Shown: positions 26,547 to 38,560, counted from the first letter of the stretch. The stretch is DNA of 64,000 bases from Ktedonobacterales bacterium (GCA_036557885.1 DATBGS010000084.1:2314-66313); one strand, 5' to 3'. Numbers and translations are program-made. The notes: a model not told the origin generated them from the sequence alone.

Positions 26547-26678
26547 CACACATCAAGACGGGTGGAGGGAACGGCCCTGTGAAGCCCGGCAACCAGCGCT
26601 CACGCACAGTCTGTGTTCAGGCGGTCTGGTGCTAATTCCGGCAGCCACAAGCATCTGCTGCTGGCTGGAAGATGTGCG
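26547..26678 (+). promoter_or_regulatory. SAM-I (S-box) riboswitch
   Basis: P1 is CACAUC/GAUGUG. The core AAGACGGGTGGAGGGAACGGCCCTGTGAAGCCCGGCAACC ... GGTGCTAATTCCGGCAGCC ... GGAAGATGTG is almost identical to the S-box consensus as recalled. Confidence 0.9.
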
Positions 26679-26705
26679 AGTTGGGCGCGCTGAACATACC
26701 AGCGT

Positions 26706-26736
26706 CACTTCTCGCCGATGGAGAAGTGTTTTTTTT
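26706..26736 (+). terminator. riboswitch expression-platform terminator
   Basis: CACTTCTC, loop GCCGATG, GAGAAGTG, followed by eight T. It ends 24 nt before the mtnA ATG. Confidence 0.85.
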
Positions 26737-26759
26737 AGGAGTGAGTAGTTCAGGAACGC

Positions 26760-27866
26760 ATGCAGACACAACCGTTTCAAGCCCTCTGGTGGGAAGCCGA
26801 CAGCGCCTCGGAGCGCGGCGTTTTGCGCCTGCTGGACCAATCGCGCCTGCCAGATGAGGTGAAGGTGCTCACCTGCCACAACGAGCACGAAGTCGCCGAG
26901 GCCATTCGCGCCCTGAAGGTGCGCGGCGCGCCTGCCATTGGTGTGGCGGCGGGCTATGGCGTGGTGCTGGGGATGCTGGGTGCTGCGCCAGAAGACCTGG
27001 AAACGGCTGAGGCCGCGCTTGCTCGCCTGGATGCAGTGGCCGATTTGCTGCGCCGCACCCGCCCAACGGCGGTCAACCTGCCCTGGGCGCTGGAGCGCAT
27101 GCGCCAGGCCGGGCGCGCGGCTCTGGCCGAGGGCGTCGCACCTGCTGTGCTTTCTTCTCGCTTGCTGAGCGAGGCGCATGCCATTTTTGCGGAAGATGTT
27201 GCGGCCTGCCAGCGTATGGGAGCGTACGGGGCGGGGCTGATTCAGGACGGCGATACCGTGCTGACGCATTGTAACACAGGCGCGCTGGCAACCGCCGGGC
27301 GCGGGACAGCGCTGGCGGCTATCACTATCGCGCATGAGCAGGGCAAGCGGCTGCATGTCTTTGTGGATGAAACGCGGCCCATGCTCCAGGGCGCCCGGCT
27401 GACGGCCTGGGAGCTACAGCAGGCTGGCATCCCACTCACCTTGATTTCCGATAATATGGCCGCGCATTTCATGCGCGCCGCTGGCATCAAGGGCGTATTT
27501 GTGGGCGCAGATCGGGTGGCGGCCAACGGAGATGTCGCCAACAAGATTGGCACCTACGGCCTGGCGATTCTGGCGCGCGAACATGGCATTCCTTTTTATG
27601 TGGTGGCGCCCCGCTCCACGATTGATCTGTCGCTGGCCTCTGGCGAGCAGATTGTGATCGAGCAGCGCCAGCCAGAGGAAGTGACGCATATGCGCGGCGT
27701 GCGCGTCGCCCCGCAGGGCGTGCCCGTTGGCAATCCTGCTTTTGATGTCACGCCGCATCGCTATATCAGCGCGATTGTGACCGATTGCGGCATTGCCTAT
27801 CCACCGTTTGCAGCATCGCTGGCACAACTGCTCGCAGGAAACCCGGAAACGAGACATGTATTATAA
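26760..27866 (+). CDS. mtnA: S-methyl-5-thioribose-1-phosphate isomerase
   Basis: eIF-2B-related MtnA blocks: LTHCNTGALATAG, VDETRPMLQGARLTAWEL, GADRVAANGDVANKIGTY. Confidence 0.9.
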   Translation: MQTQPFQALWWEADSASERGVLRLLDQSRLPDEVKVLTCHNEHEVAEAIRALKVRGAPAIGVAAGYGVVLGMLGAAPEDLETAEAALARLDAVADLLRRTRPTAVNLPWALERMRQAGRAALAEGVAPAVLSSRLLSEAHAIFAEDVAACQRMGAYGAGLIQDGDTVLTHCNTGALATAGRGTALAAITIAHEQGKRLHVFVDETRPMLQGARLTAWELQQAGIPLTLISDNMAAHFMRAAGIKGVFVGADRVAANGDVANKIGTYGLAILAREHGIPFYVVAPRSTIDLSLASGEQIVIEQRQPEEVTHMRGVRVAPQGVPVGNPAFDVTPHRYISAIVTDCGIAYPPFAASLAQLLAGNPETRHVL

Positions 27867-27891
27867 GCACGCTTGATCTGACGAGGCAGAG

Positions 27892-28503
27892 ATGCAACCA
27901 GAACTCCAGGACGCAATTACCCACTATGTCGAAGAGATGCTTGGCTCCGAAGGGCTGATGTATGTCAGCAAGGTCGTTGCCAACTGCAAAATGCTGGCGG
28001 TGGAGCACCCCACCGTTGACGTGGACGCGCTGGTGATGGCGGCTTATCTGCATGATATTTCCACCGGCGTCTACGGCAAGCAGGACCATCACCGCCGCTC
28101 CGCAGAGATGGCTATCTCTTTCTTAAGCGACTGGGATGTCCACGTGGACACGCTGGCCCGCGTGCGCGCCGCCATTCTGGTACACAGCTTTGTGGCGCCG
28201 CCAGAAGAACGCGACCGCGTTCCCCTGGAAGGGCAGATTCTCTACGACGCGGATAAAATTGGGCGGCTGGGCGGGCTGGCAATTGTCACCGCGCTAATCG
28301 AATTGGGCGCCAAATATCCAGACCGCACCTTCTCGGATGAAACGCTCTCCACCGTGCTGCATCATGTCGAAGAACGCTATGTGGAATTGTTTCAATCGCT
28401 CTATACCACCAACGCCAAAGAACTCTGCCGCGAAAAGTTTGGGCGCACCCTGGCCTTTCTGGACGGCGTGCTGGAGCAACTGACCGGCAGTTCTGAGGTA
28501 TGA
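27892..28503 (+). CDS. HD-domain metal-dependent phosphohydrolase
   Basis: AAYLHDIS (HD), later HSF and YDADKIGRLG. About 200 aa. Confidence 0.7.
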   Translation: MQPELQDAITHYVEEMLGSEGLMYVSKVVANCKMLAVEHPTVDVDALVMAAYLHDISTGVYGKQDHHRRSAEMAISFLSDWDVHVDTLARVRAAILVHSFVAPPEERDRVPLEGQILYDADKIGRLGGLAIVTALIELGAKYPDRTFSDETLSTVLHHVEERYVELFQSLYTTNAKELCREKFGRTLAFLDGVLEQLTGSSEV

Positions 28504-28542
28504 AGCATGTTTGACTACTTGATGAAAGGTAGTAGTTTATAG

Positions 28543-29481
28543 ATGTCCATTCTTGTTGTTGGCTCCGTTGGCATTGACCTGCTGGAAACGCCCTTTGGCC
28601 GCGCAGAAGATGTGCTGGGCGGGGCGGCCTCCCATTTTTCTGCCGCTGCCTCGTTTTACGACACGGTGCAGATGATCGCCGTCGTGGGCGACGACTTCCC
28701 CCAGGAGCATCTCGACTTTTTCCAGCGCCGGGGCATTGATACCACCGGCCTCCAGGTGGTGCCGGGGCAGACCTTTCGCTGGGGCGGGCGCTATCACCTG
28801 GACATGAACACCCGCGACACGCTCTATACGGAACTGGGGGTCTTTGCCGATTTTCATCCCGTCGTTCCAGAGAGCTTTCGCAGCGCCCCCGTGCTCTTTC
28901 TGGCAAACATCCACCCCTCATTGCAAAATGAGGTGCTGGAGCACGCCAGCGGCGCGCGTCTGCGCGTGTTGGATAGCATGAACTACTGGATCAGCAGCAC
29001 CCGCCCGGAACTCGATCAGGTGATCAGCAAAGTAGATGTGCTGCTGATGTCTGAGGAGGAGGCGCGGCAGTATACGGGTGTGCCAGGGTTGGTCACGGCA
29101 GCGCACAAGATATTGACGCTTGGCCCGCGCATGGTGGTGATTAAGCAGGGTTCCTATGGCGCGCTCTTGTTTGAGAAAGCGGGGGGCTTTTTTGCCGCGC
29201 CCGCCTATCCGCTGGAAGATGTGCGCGACCCAACGGGCGCGGGCGATGCCTTTGCCGGTGGCTTTATCGGCTATCTGGCGCGCACGATGCAGACGCGCGC
29301 ACTCACGCTGGCCGATTTTAAGCGCGCGCTGGTACATGGCAACATCATGGGGTCGTTTCACTGCGAAGATTTTAGCCTGCACCGGCTGCATAGCCTGACC
29401 CAGGACGAAATTGCCGCGCGTTACCACGAGTTTTTGAGCTTTACACACTTTGATCCTGATTGGGCGAATGGGAACACATGA
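28543..29481 (+). CDS. PfkB-family sugar/nucleoside kinase
   Basis: N-terminal VVGSVGIDL...LGGAASHF and C-terminal DPTGAGDAFAGGF motifs. Substrate is not assignable from sequence alone. Confidence 0.85.
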   Translation: MSILVVGSVGIDLLETPFGRAEDVLGGAASHFSAAASFYDTVQMIAVVGDDFPQEHLDFFQRRGIDTTGLQVVPGQTFRWGGRYHLDMNTRDTLYTELGVFADFHPVVPESFRSAPVLFLANIHPSLQNEVLEHASGARLRVLDSMNYWISSTRPELDQVISKVDVLLMSEEEARQYTGVPGLVTAAHKILTLGPRMVVIKQGSYGALLFEKAGGFFAAPAYPLEDVRDPTGAGDAFAGGFIGYLARTMQTRALTLADFKRALVHGNIMGSFHCEDFSLHRLHSLTQDEIAARYHEFLSFTHFDPDWANGNT

Positions 29482-30323
29482 CCACGACCGTTGCCGCCTA
29501 TAGCGTGCGCCAGACCAGCAACAAAAGCGAGATCGCGGACTTTCTCAACCGTGATCGCCTCTACGCCGGATATGCCCTGTGCGACCTGGATGAAGGGTAT
29601 TTTGGGGCATGCCGCTGGTTTCTGGTCAGCGATACAGAGGGCGAGCCATCCGGGCTGGCGATGGAGTTTGGGCAGCTTTCGCCGGTAGTGCTCTTCTTGA
29701 TGGGCGAGCCAGAGGCGGCCTGCGCGCCGCTGCACAGCGCTCTGACGCCCATCTCTATTCAGATTACCGCGCAGCGGGAACATCTGGCAGCGCTGCGCAG
29801 GCGTTACCGGCTGCATCAGATGCGCGAGATGCTGCGCATGGCAGTGCGCAAAGAGGAGTTTCGCCCGGCCAGCCAGCACGAACTTGCCGAGCGGCTGACG
29901 GAGCGCGACCTGCCAGAACTGAACCGGATTTATCGCATGGCGGCGGGCAGCGCCTTTGCGCCCTACCAGTTTCGGCAAGGAATCTTCTACGGCGTCAAGG
30001 TGCAGGGGCGACTGGTGGCGACAGCCGGAACGCATATTCTTTCGGAAGCGCAGCGCATCGTCGCAGTGGGCAATGTCTTTACCCATCCGCATTTTCGCGG
30101 GCACGGCTACGCGCAGGCCACCACAAGCGCTGTCACCGCCGAGGCACTGCGGCGCTTTGGCCCCGACCAGGCAGGCCAGCCAGAGGCGATAGCGATTCTG
30201 AACGTGCGGGCAGATAACCCATCGGCTATACAGGTCTATAGGAAGTTGGGCTACCGCGAGGCATGCCGCTTTTATGAAGCCTATGGCGGGCGGCGCTGGT
30301 TCTCGCGGCTGTGGGTGCACTAG
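29478..30323 (+). CDS. GNAT-family N-acetyltransferase
   Basis: ATG 29478 overlaps the PfkB stop (ATGA). The acetyl-CoA motif is VGNVFTHPHFRGHGYAQATT. Confidence 0.72.
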   Translation: MTTTVAAYSVRQTSNKSEIADFLNRDRLYAGYALCDLDEGYFGACRWFLVSDTEGEPSGLAMEFGQLSPVVLFLMGEPEAACAPLHSALTPISIQITAQREHLAALRRRYRLHQMREMLRMAVRKEEFRPASQHELAERLTERDLPELNRIYRMAAGSAFAPYQFRQGIFYGVKVQGRLVATAGTHILSEAQRIVAVGNVFTHPHFRGHGYAQATTSAVTAEALRRFGPDQAGQPEAIAILNVRADNPSAIQVYRKLGYREACRFYEAYGGRRWFSRLWVH

Positions 30324-30356
30324 CGACATGAAACTTTTTCTGGCTGCATGTGCTCT

Positions 30357-30375
30357 GTCTAACAGGCTGTTAGAC
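30357..30375. promoter_or_regulatory. 19-nt perfect palindrome upstream of ahcY (candidate operator)
   Basis: GTCTAACAG-G-CTGTTAGAC read directly. Nine plus nine nt around a single central base cannot fold as an RNA hairpin, so it is more likely a protein site. Confidence 0.35.
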
Positions 30376-30447
30376 AAGACTTTTTCGACGCTGTTTCGTT
30401 AGAAGTAGCGGAAAGCAGCTATTTTGGATATGGAACTGACGAAATAA

Positions 30448-31749
<1,302 letters not shown>

Positions 31750-31848
31750 ACGTATATTGTCCCAAAGGCCAACCCCTCGACGCGAGGGGTCGGCGCCAGA
31801 ATGACTTTGGTATGTGAGAACTCCGCGAGGGAGGGAGAGGAAAAACCA

Positions 31849-33111
<1,263 letters not shown>

Positions 33112-33165
33112 GCAGCAGACCAGCCACAACGGGTTTGGCGCCCCAAAGGTGCGCGCATTTTTCGG

Positions 33166-33205
33166 CAATTTCCTCCCTTCGAAGGGAGGAAATTGTCGAT
33201 TTCTC
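33166..33205 (+). terminator. hairpin terminator after metK
   Basis: CAATTTCCTCCC-TTCGAA-GGGAGGAAATTG (33166-33195) followed by the T-rich TCGATTTCTCT. Confidence 0.6.
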
Positions 33206-33244
33206 TGCGGTGGTCAGCATCCAGCACCGTCTGCTCCTGCATGC

Positions 33245-33273
33245 TTGACACGTAGACACCAAGATGCTACAGT
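33245..33273 (+). promoter_or_regulatory. candidate promoter of the zinc-ribbon membrane protein gene
   Basis: TTGACA (33245-33250), 17-nt spacer, TACAGT (33268-33273). Confidence 0.45.
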
Positions 33274-33369
33274 CGAATAGAACAGCTAAAAACGCGCAAG
33301 CTACTTTTAGAGCATCCTAACCAAACAAAGGAGGAAGTACCGCCGGATTCTTCCAGCGGTCAGCCTGTT

Positions 33370-34704
33370 ATGCAATGTCAAAATTGTGGCCTGCCCCTCG
33401 ATCCACAGCAGGTGGCCCAGACCGGGCGCTGCCCGCGCTGTGGGAATCCAGTGGCCCCGGCCCAGCCGGGCTACGCACCAGCGCAGCCAGCATTCCAATC
33501 AGGTCCACCCGCCGGAGCGGGTGTAAGCGACGACGAATCACCAACCATTCGCGTCAGGCCACAAGCGCCTGCGCCTGCGGCGCCTTCAGCGCCACAGCCC
33601 AGCCCGATTGATCCCTACGCTGCCACGCAGCGCGGCGCGCAACCGACCCCCGCAGCTTCCTCTAGTCCCTACGGTCCACCTCCTGGCGCAGCTTCTGGCC
33701 CAGCGGCCCAACCCCCAGCTTCTAACCCGCCACCGAGCGCAACAGACCCCTATGTGCCATCAGCAGCAGGCTTTGCGCCGCCAACAGACCCCTACACGCC
33801 ATCAGCAGCGGGCCTGGCACCACCGCCGCCACCACAGCAATCATTTGGGGCGCCGCCCTATGGCGGCCCGCCACAGCAGGCGTTTGGTGGCCCCCCACAG
33901 CAATCGTTTGGCGCCCCCCCTCCAGGCGGCTTTAGCGGCCCAGGTCAGCCACTACCGCCCTATGGTGCACCGCAAGGCGGCTTTAGCGGCCCAGGCCAGC
34001 CACCGCCCTTTGGCGCGCCGCAAGGCGGCTTCCCTGGTCAGCTGCCCATGCAGGGCTTTCCTGGTGGGCCGATGGCTCCAGGCCCGCAGCCCAAAAAGAG
34101 CCGGACTGGTTTAATCGTTGGCATCCTCATCGCAGTGTTGATCATTGGTGGGCTTGGCTCCGTAGCAGCGCTGGGCTTTGCCGGGAAGGGGCCGCTCAAG
34201 TCGCTTGGCTCTACTCCTACCCCGGCGGCTACCGCCACCCCAAAGGCCACCGCCACCCCACAACCCACAGCAACCCCCAGCATTCCTGCGGGCTTCCAGG
34301 CATTCACCAGTTCAGATAACTCGTTTAGCATTGCCTATCCAGCCGACTGGCAGAAATCTAGCCCAAGCGAAGGCACCGGCGCTCAATTTGCTGGGCCAAA
34401 CAATCAGACGTTTATTGTGCTGAACGCTGGCCCAGGACAGGGAGACGTGGCAACCAATGAGGCTGCCTTCTGTCAGAGTGTCGGTGGGCCAGCAAGCACA
34501 CCCACCACTGTCACGATTGGAAGCCAGCCCTGGACTCAGGTGGAGTGTGATAACGGAGATGGGTCGCGTCACGCAGTGGTGGATGCCATCACCTACAAGG
34601 ACAGCCTCTACCTGATTGCTTACGGCTCAGACGCCAACACCTTTGCCCAGGATAGAACGTCCTTCTACATCCCAATGGAGCAAAGCTTCCAGTTCCTCGG
34701 CTAA
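33370..34704 (+). CDS. zinc-ribbon / Pro-rich / single-TM protein with extracytoplasmic C-terminal domain
   Basis: CQNCG...CPRCG at the N-terminus, about 230 aa of Pro/Gly/Gln-rich repeats, a TM segment (LIVGILIAVLIIGGLGSVAAL), then a folded domain starting FSIAYPADWQ. It is a paralogue of 41093-42061. Confidence 0.7.
   Translation: MQCQNCGLPLDPQQVAQTGRCPRCGNPVAPAQPGYAPAQPAFQSGPPAGAGVSDDESPTIRVRPQAPAPAAPSAPQPSPIDPYAATQRGAQPTPAASSSPYGPPPGAASGPAAQPPASNPPPSATDPYVPSAAGFAPPTDPYTPSAAGLAPPPPPQQSFGAPPYGGPPQQAFGGPPQQSFGAPPPGGFSGPGQPLPPYGAPQGGFSGPGQPPPFGAPQGGFPGQLPMQGFPGGPMAPGPQPKKSRTGLIVGILIAVLIIGGLGSVAALGFAGKGPLKSLGSTPTPAATATPKATATPQPTATPSIPAGFQAFTSSDNSFSIAYPADWQKSSPSEGTGAQFAGPNNQTFIVLNAGPGQGDVATNEAAFCQSVGGPASTPTTVTIGSQPWTQVECDNGDGSRHAVVDAITYKDSLYLIAYGSDANTFAQDRTSFYIPMEQSFQFLG
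33925..34035 (+). repeat. in-frame tandem repeat (about 51 + 48 + partial unit) inside the Pro-rich region
   Basis: GGCGGCTTTAGCGGCCCAGG(T/C)CAGCCAC...CCGCAA is repeated head to tail. It encodes GGFSGPGQP(L)PP(Y/F)GAPQ. Confidence 0.75.
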
Positions 34705-34740
34705 CGCGGAACTGGTGCTGATCTCCAACGCAGACACCAA

Positions 34741-34783
34741 CCCGCCAGGACAGCTAAAGCTGTCCTGGCGGGTCTTTTTCTTC
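34741..34783 (+). terminator. Rho-independent terminator
   Basis: CCCGCCAGGACAGC, loop TAAA, GCTGTCCTGGCGGG, then TCTTTTTCTT. Confidence 0.85.
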
Positions 34784-34977
34784 ACCTGGTAATAGCGAGA
34801 CACCAGCCCAGGGCGGCCCTCCGATGTTTGCCAGAGGCCAATGGTACCAACAAGGGGCATTATTTCTGCGGAACTGTTGCGTTCTGTAGAAAGAAGCGGT
34901 ATAGTAGAGCCGAGAAAACTGTCTGCTCTATAGTTCTGCGCTTTGTGTCTGTGGCGGCAGAAAGGACACACCACTCC

Positions 34978-35652
34978 ATGAATGAAATGATCGTCTTTTG
35001 GGATCGGATGAAAGTCCACTTCCGGCACCACGTCATCAAGAAGGGGAAAGAAGCTCCCTTCTGGGTGGCAATCTCTTTTATGGTCACGTTTGGGATTGTA
35101 CGCTATATCACCTATAGCATTCGCCGGGGCAAGCAGCAGGCGGCCAAGCATCCCCAGGCCCAGCAGCACCACAGCAGGATTGGCTTCCACGACATTGAGC
35201 TTGGCGGTGGCATCCACGTCCACCACATGGTTCCAGGGATTATTTTGACCCTGGTGGCGGGCTATCTGGGCCTGGTGGCGGGCGAAAAGATCAAGAAGCC
35301 CGTCAGCATCATGTATGGCACCGGCGCAGCATTGGCCCTGGATGAATTTGCGCTCTGGCTGGAACTGCGCGACGTCTACTGGGCTAAAGACGGCCACAAG
35401 AGCGTGGACGCCGTTGGCATCGCAGCCTCCGTCTTCGTGGGCGGGTTCGCTATGGCCGAGTTTGGTGGCGCGCTGCTCCGCGACATCCACCATCGCGTGA
35501 CCACCGGCACCTATCCCCCACATCAGGCCGAACTGGACGACCTGCCCCCCGACGTGATGGATCCCTCTGGCGCCCTCGCACCACCAGAGGCCGTCAGCGT
35601 GGCCGCAGGCAACGGGCAGGTAGCCAACGCTCGTCAGCGCACCCATCGCTAA
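34978..35652 (+). CDS. integral membrane protein of unknown function
   Basis: ORF trimmed to ATG 34978. There are several hydrophobic segments (WVAISFMVTFGIVRYI, VPGIILTLVAGYLGLV, GTGAALALDEFALWL, AVGIAASVFVGGFAMA). The larger antisense ORF is judged spurious. Confidence 0.6.
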   Translation: MNEMIVFWDRMKVHFRHHVIKKGKEAPFWVAISFMVTFGIVRYITYSIRRGKQQAAKHPQAQQHHSRIGFHDIELGGGIHVHHMVPGIILTLVAGYLGLVAGEKIKKPVSIMYGTGAALALDEFALWLELRDVYWAKDGHKSVDAVGIAASVFVGGFAMAEFGGALLRDIHHRVTTGTYPPHQAELDDLPPDVMDPSGALAPPEAVSVAAGNGQVANARQRTHR

Positions 35653-35677
35653 CAGGCGCCTTGTTCACAGGAAACGC

Positions 35678-35722
35678 AACAGCAGAGGGTCCACCCCTTT
35701 CAGGGGTGGACCCTCTGCTGTT
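35678..35722. terminator. 21-bp perfect hairpin between convergent genes
   Basis: AACAGCAGAGGGTCCACCCCT, loop TTC, AGGGGTGGACCCTCTGCTGTT. It lies between stops 35652 (+) and 35734 (-). Confidence 0.7.
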
Positions 35723-35733
35723 GATCAGCACCC

Positions 35734-36537
35734 TTACGAGGTGGGCAGAGAAGCAAACACGCTGTTAAAGGTGGGTATCACCTGCCAGTTGCTCAGGGGC
35801 CAGAAGACCAATGTCGCCTTGCCAATGATGTAATTGGCTGGCACCGGTCCCCAGGCCCGCGAATCGGAGCTAAAAGGACGGTTATCTCCCATCACAAAAT
35901 ACTGATCTGCGGCGAGTTTTAAGTTGACAATCTGCGCATTTTCTGCCTGGGAAATATACGGCTCCTTGAGCGTCACCCCATCCACTTTGACCGTATTATT
36001 CGTAATCACCAGCGTATCCCCTGGCAGGCCAATGACTCGTTTAATGAAATCTTGCGTTGGGTCGCGTGGGTAGTGAAAGACAATCACATCGCCGCGCTCC
36101 GGGCCGTGAAAGAGATACGCCAGTTTATTGACCAGCACATATTCACCGGTGAACAAGCCGGGCTGCATACTTGGCCCATCCACCCGGAAGGTCTGCACAG
36201 AAAAGCGGATCGCAAAGAAGATCAGCGCCGTCAGCACAATCGTTTCGATAATCTCACGCGCCAGGTGCGAGTGGCGGCGTGGGGGCGGATTCCTGGGCGC
36301 CCGGCCAGGTGGGGGCGGTGGTGGAGAACCACCATATTGATCCCATCTTCCCCCAGAGTTGCGCGGCGCCAGCGACCTTCCGGTATCATCCCAGCCACCG
36401 GGGGGAAGTGGCGAGCGGGAAGATGGTCGCTTGCCTGAGTATCCTCGCAGAGAAGAACCACCCCGCTGATCCTCCCAGGTGTCCTCGTCCGCAACAAAGC
36501 CACCCTGATCAGGCGGGTATTGGGAGTAGCGTTCCAT
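35734..36537 (-). CDS. lepB: signal peptidase I
   Basis: ORF trimmed to ATG 36537. GPSMQPGL (catalytic Ser box), RGDVIVFHYP, FIKRVIGLPGD, GDNRPFSSDSR. Confidence 0.88.
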   Translation of the reverse strand: MERYSQYPPDQGGFVADEDTWEDQRGGSSLRGYSGKRPSSRSPLPPGGWDDTGRSLAPRNSGGRWDQYGGSPPPPPPGRAPRNPPPRRHSHLAREIIETIVLTALIFFAIRFSVQTFRVDGPSMQPGLFTGEYVLVNKLAYLFHGPERGDVIVFHYPRDPTQDFIKRVIGLPGDTLVITNNTVKVDGVTLKEPYISQAENAQIVNLKLAADQYFVMGDNRPFSSDSRAWGPVPANYIIGKATLVFWPLSNWQVIPTFNSVFASLPTS

Positions 36538-36741
36538 CAAATCACAGCCCTCTATGCACGGCGCACCGCGTGGTGAACTCGGCTGTAGCAATGCTCGCCA
36601 GCCGACCTGCTTCCCCAGCCCATCCCCTGGCGCCATCAGGAAGCCGCTTGCTCCAGGAAAGCGCCAGAACCACTGCCCTTCCCCCCGATTATAGCACAGT
36701 GGGGGAGTTCGCACAGCACCATACAGGCGATGTTTCCCATC

Positions 36742-37980
36742 TTAGAATGTGATCGTTTGCGCCGGAAGCGTGCGATGGGGCCAGAGCTTTAGCCCCGCGC
36801 CCAGTACATTGCCGGTTTCCACGACGCAATGATCGGCAAGAATGGCCCCCTGTACCTGGCAGCCGGAAGCAATCGTTGAGTGCGCTCCAATGACGCTCTC
36901 GCGAATGATCGTCTGTGTGGATTTCACCACCAGCGTGCCGCTGGGCGACTGTCCAGAACCCGTCCCGCGCTGGCCGGTATGCTCGGCTGCTGTCTGAGCG
37001 TTGGGCTGGCCCGAAGCAGGCGCGCTGGACGACTCGCCCACCGTCACCTGTTCCCAGAGCACGGCGCGCTCTATCTGCACCTCCAGCCCGATACGGCAGC
37101 CCTCGCCCAGCACCACCGGCCCGATCAGCTTCGCCCCCGCCCCGATCACGCACCCACTGCCCAGCACCACCGGCCCAAGTAGCTCCGCCGTTGGGTCAAT
37201 CTGGCAGCCAGCGCCCACCCAGACGCGCTCGGCGCGCTGCTCGCCGTTGGTCTGCCCATGCACCAGGCCGCACAGCATATCTATGTTGGCCGTTTTATAC
37301 TTTTCTGGCGTGCCAATATCCAGCCAATAGGAAGTATCGGGATAGCCAAAAAGGGCCTTCCCCTCCGCCAACAGCGTTGGGAATAAGCCTTGCTCAAACT
37401 GATAAAACTGCCCGGAAGGCGCCAGACGCAGCACCGCCGGGTCCAGAATATACGTCCCGGCATTGATGAGGTTGGTAGTAATCCCCTCCAGCGTCTTGGG
37501 CTTTTCTATAAAGCGCTTCACCCGCCGGGAGGCATCAGTCTCTACCAGCCCATAGGCGCGCACATCCTCTACCGGCGTCAGCGCAATGGTGCCCACCGCG
37601 TGACGCGACCGATGGAACGCCAGCATCGCTTGCAGGTCCAGATCAGTCAGAATATCGCCGTTTAACACAAAAAACGGCTCATCGTCCAGGTAGCCTTGCT
37701 CCTGGACATATTTCACAGCCCCGGCAGTTCCCAGGGCTTCTTGCTCGATCACATACGCCAGACGCACACCAAACGCGCTGCCGTCCCCGAAATAGTCCTG
37801 AATCATCCCTGGCAGATAGCACATGCTCAGCACAATCTCGGTCACATCATACATCCTCAGCGAGGTCAGCACATGCTCCAAGAATGGGCGGTTTACCACC
37901 GGCTGCATCGGCTTGGGGCGAGAGAGCGTTAACGGACGCAGGCGGGTTCCTTCACCGCCTACAAGAATGACAGCCTTCAT
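36742..37980 (-). CDS. NDP-sugar pyrophosphorylase (mannose-1-phosphate guanylyltransferase-like) with C-terminal left-handed beta-helix
   Basis: ORF trimmed to ATG 37980 (MKAVILVGGEGTRLRPLTLSRPKPM). The C-terminus has hexapeptide-repeat character. Confidence 0.85.
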   Translation of the reverse strand: MKAVILVGGEGTRLRPLTLSRPKPMQPVVNRPFLEHVLTSLRMYDVTEIVLSMCYLPGMIQDYFGDGSAFGVRLAYVIEQEALGTAGAVKYVQEQGYLDDEPFFVLNGDILTDLDLQAMLAFHRSRHAVGTIALTPVEDVRAYGLVETDASRRVKRFIEKPKTLEGITTNLINAGTYILDPAVLRLAPSGQFYQFEQGLFPTLLAEGKALFGYPDTSYWLDIGTPEKYKTANIDMLCGLVHGQTNGEQRAERVWVGAGCQIDPTAELLGPVVLGSGCVIGAGAKLIGPVVLGEGCRIGLEVQIERAVLWEQVTVGESSSAPASGQPNAQTAAEHTGQRGTGSGQSPSGTLVVKSTQTIIRESVIGAHSTIASGCQVQGAILADHCVVETGNVLGAGLKLWPHRTLPAQTITF

Positions 37981-38560
37981 AGTATGCTTGCTCCTTCCCC
38001 TGACAAAATGACTCCAACCATCACACCTTCCAACACTGAATGGCTCCTCTCCCAGGTTTTTAGCATGTTCTGTACCAGCTATCAAGCGGGTAAAGTTTTT
38101 CTGAGGCGGCGCACCAGGCGCAGTGTCCTTCCATTACCACAAGAAACGTTTGGAAGAGAGGCCAGGTTACTGTAGTCTTGCCCTTCTCCAGCATAGGAAA
38201 TTTGGGGGGCATCTTTTCTCGTTCTGGAGCAAGCGTTAGTGCTTGCTCCGCCTTGTTCTTTCCAAATGGCCCTACTTCCTGCGCTCATATACCCGATATT
38301 ACAAGGATACCCCGCAAAATTGGCGCCTCTGTCGCCCATGCCCAAACTCTTCAGAAGGCGCATTTTGCTGGCCTGCCTGGTTTTCTTGCTCTCGAAGGAG
38401 CAGCCTGTTCCAAGCGACTAGCCAGGCATCTTGTACCCCATATCCAGATAGGGGTGGGCAAACAGAATATGGTATACTTGCATCACCAAAAAAAGCATAC
38501 CGCCAGATCACCAGAGGCGCAAATAGCCGCTCAGTGCTCTGCTGGTAAAGAGGGTGGGGC

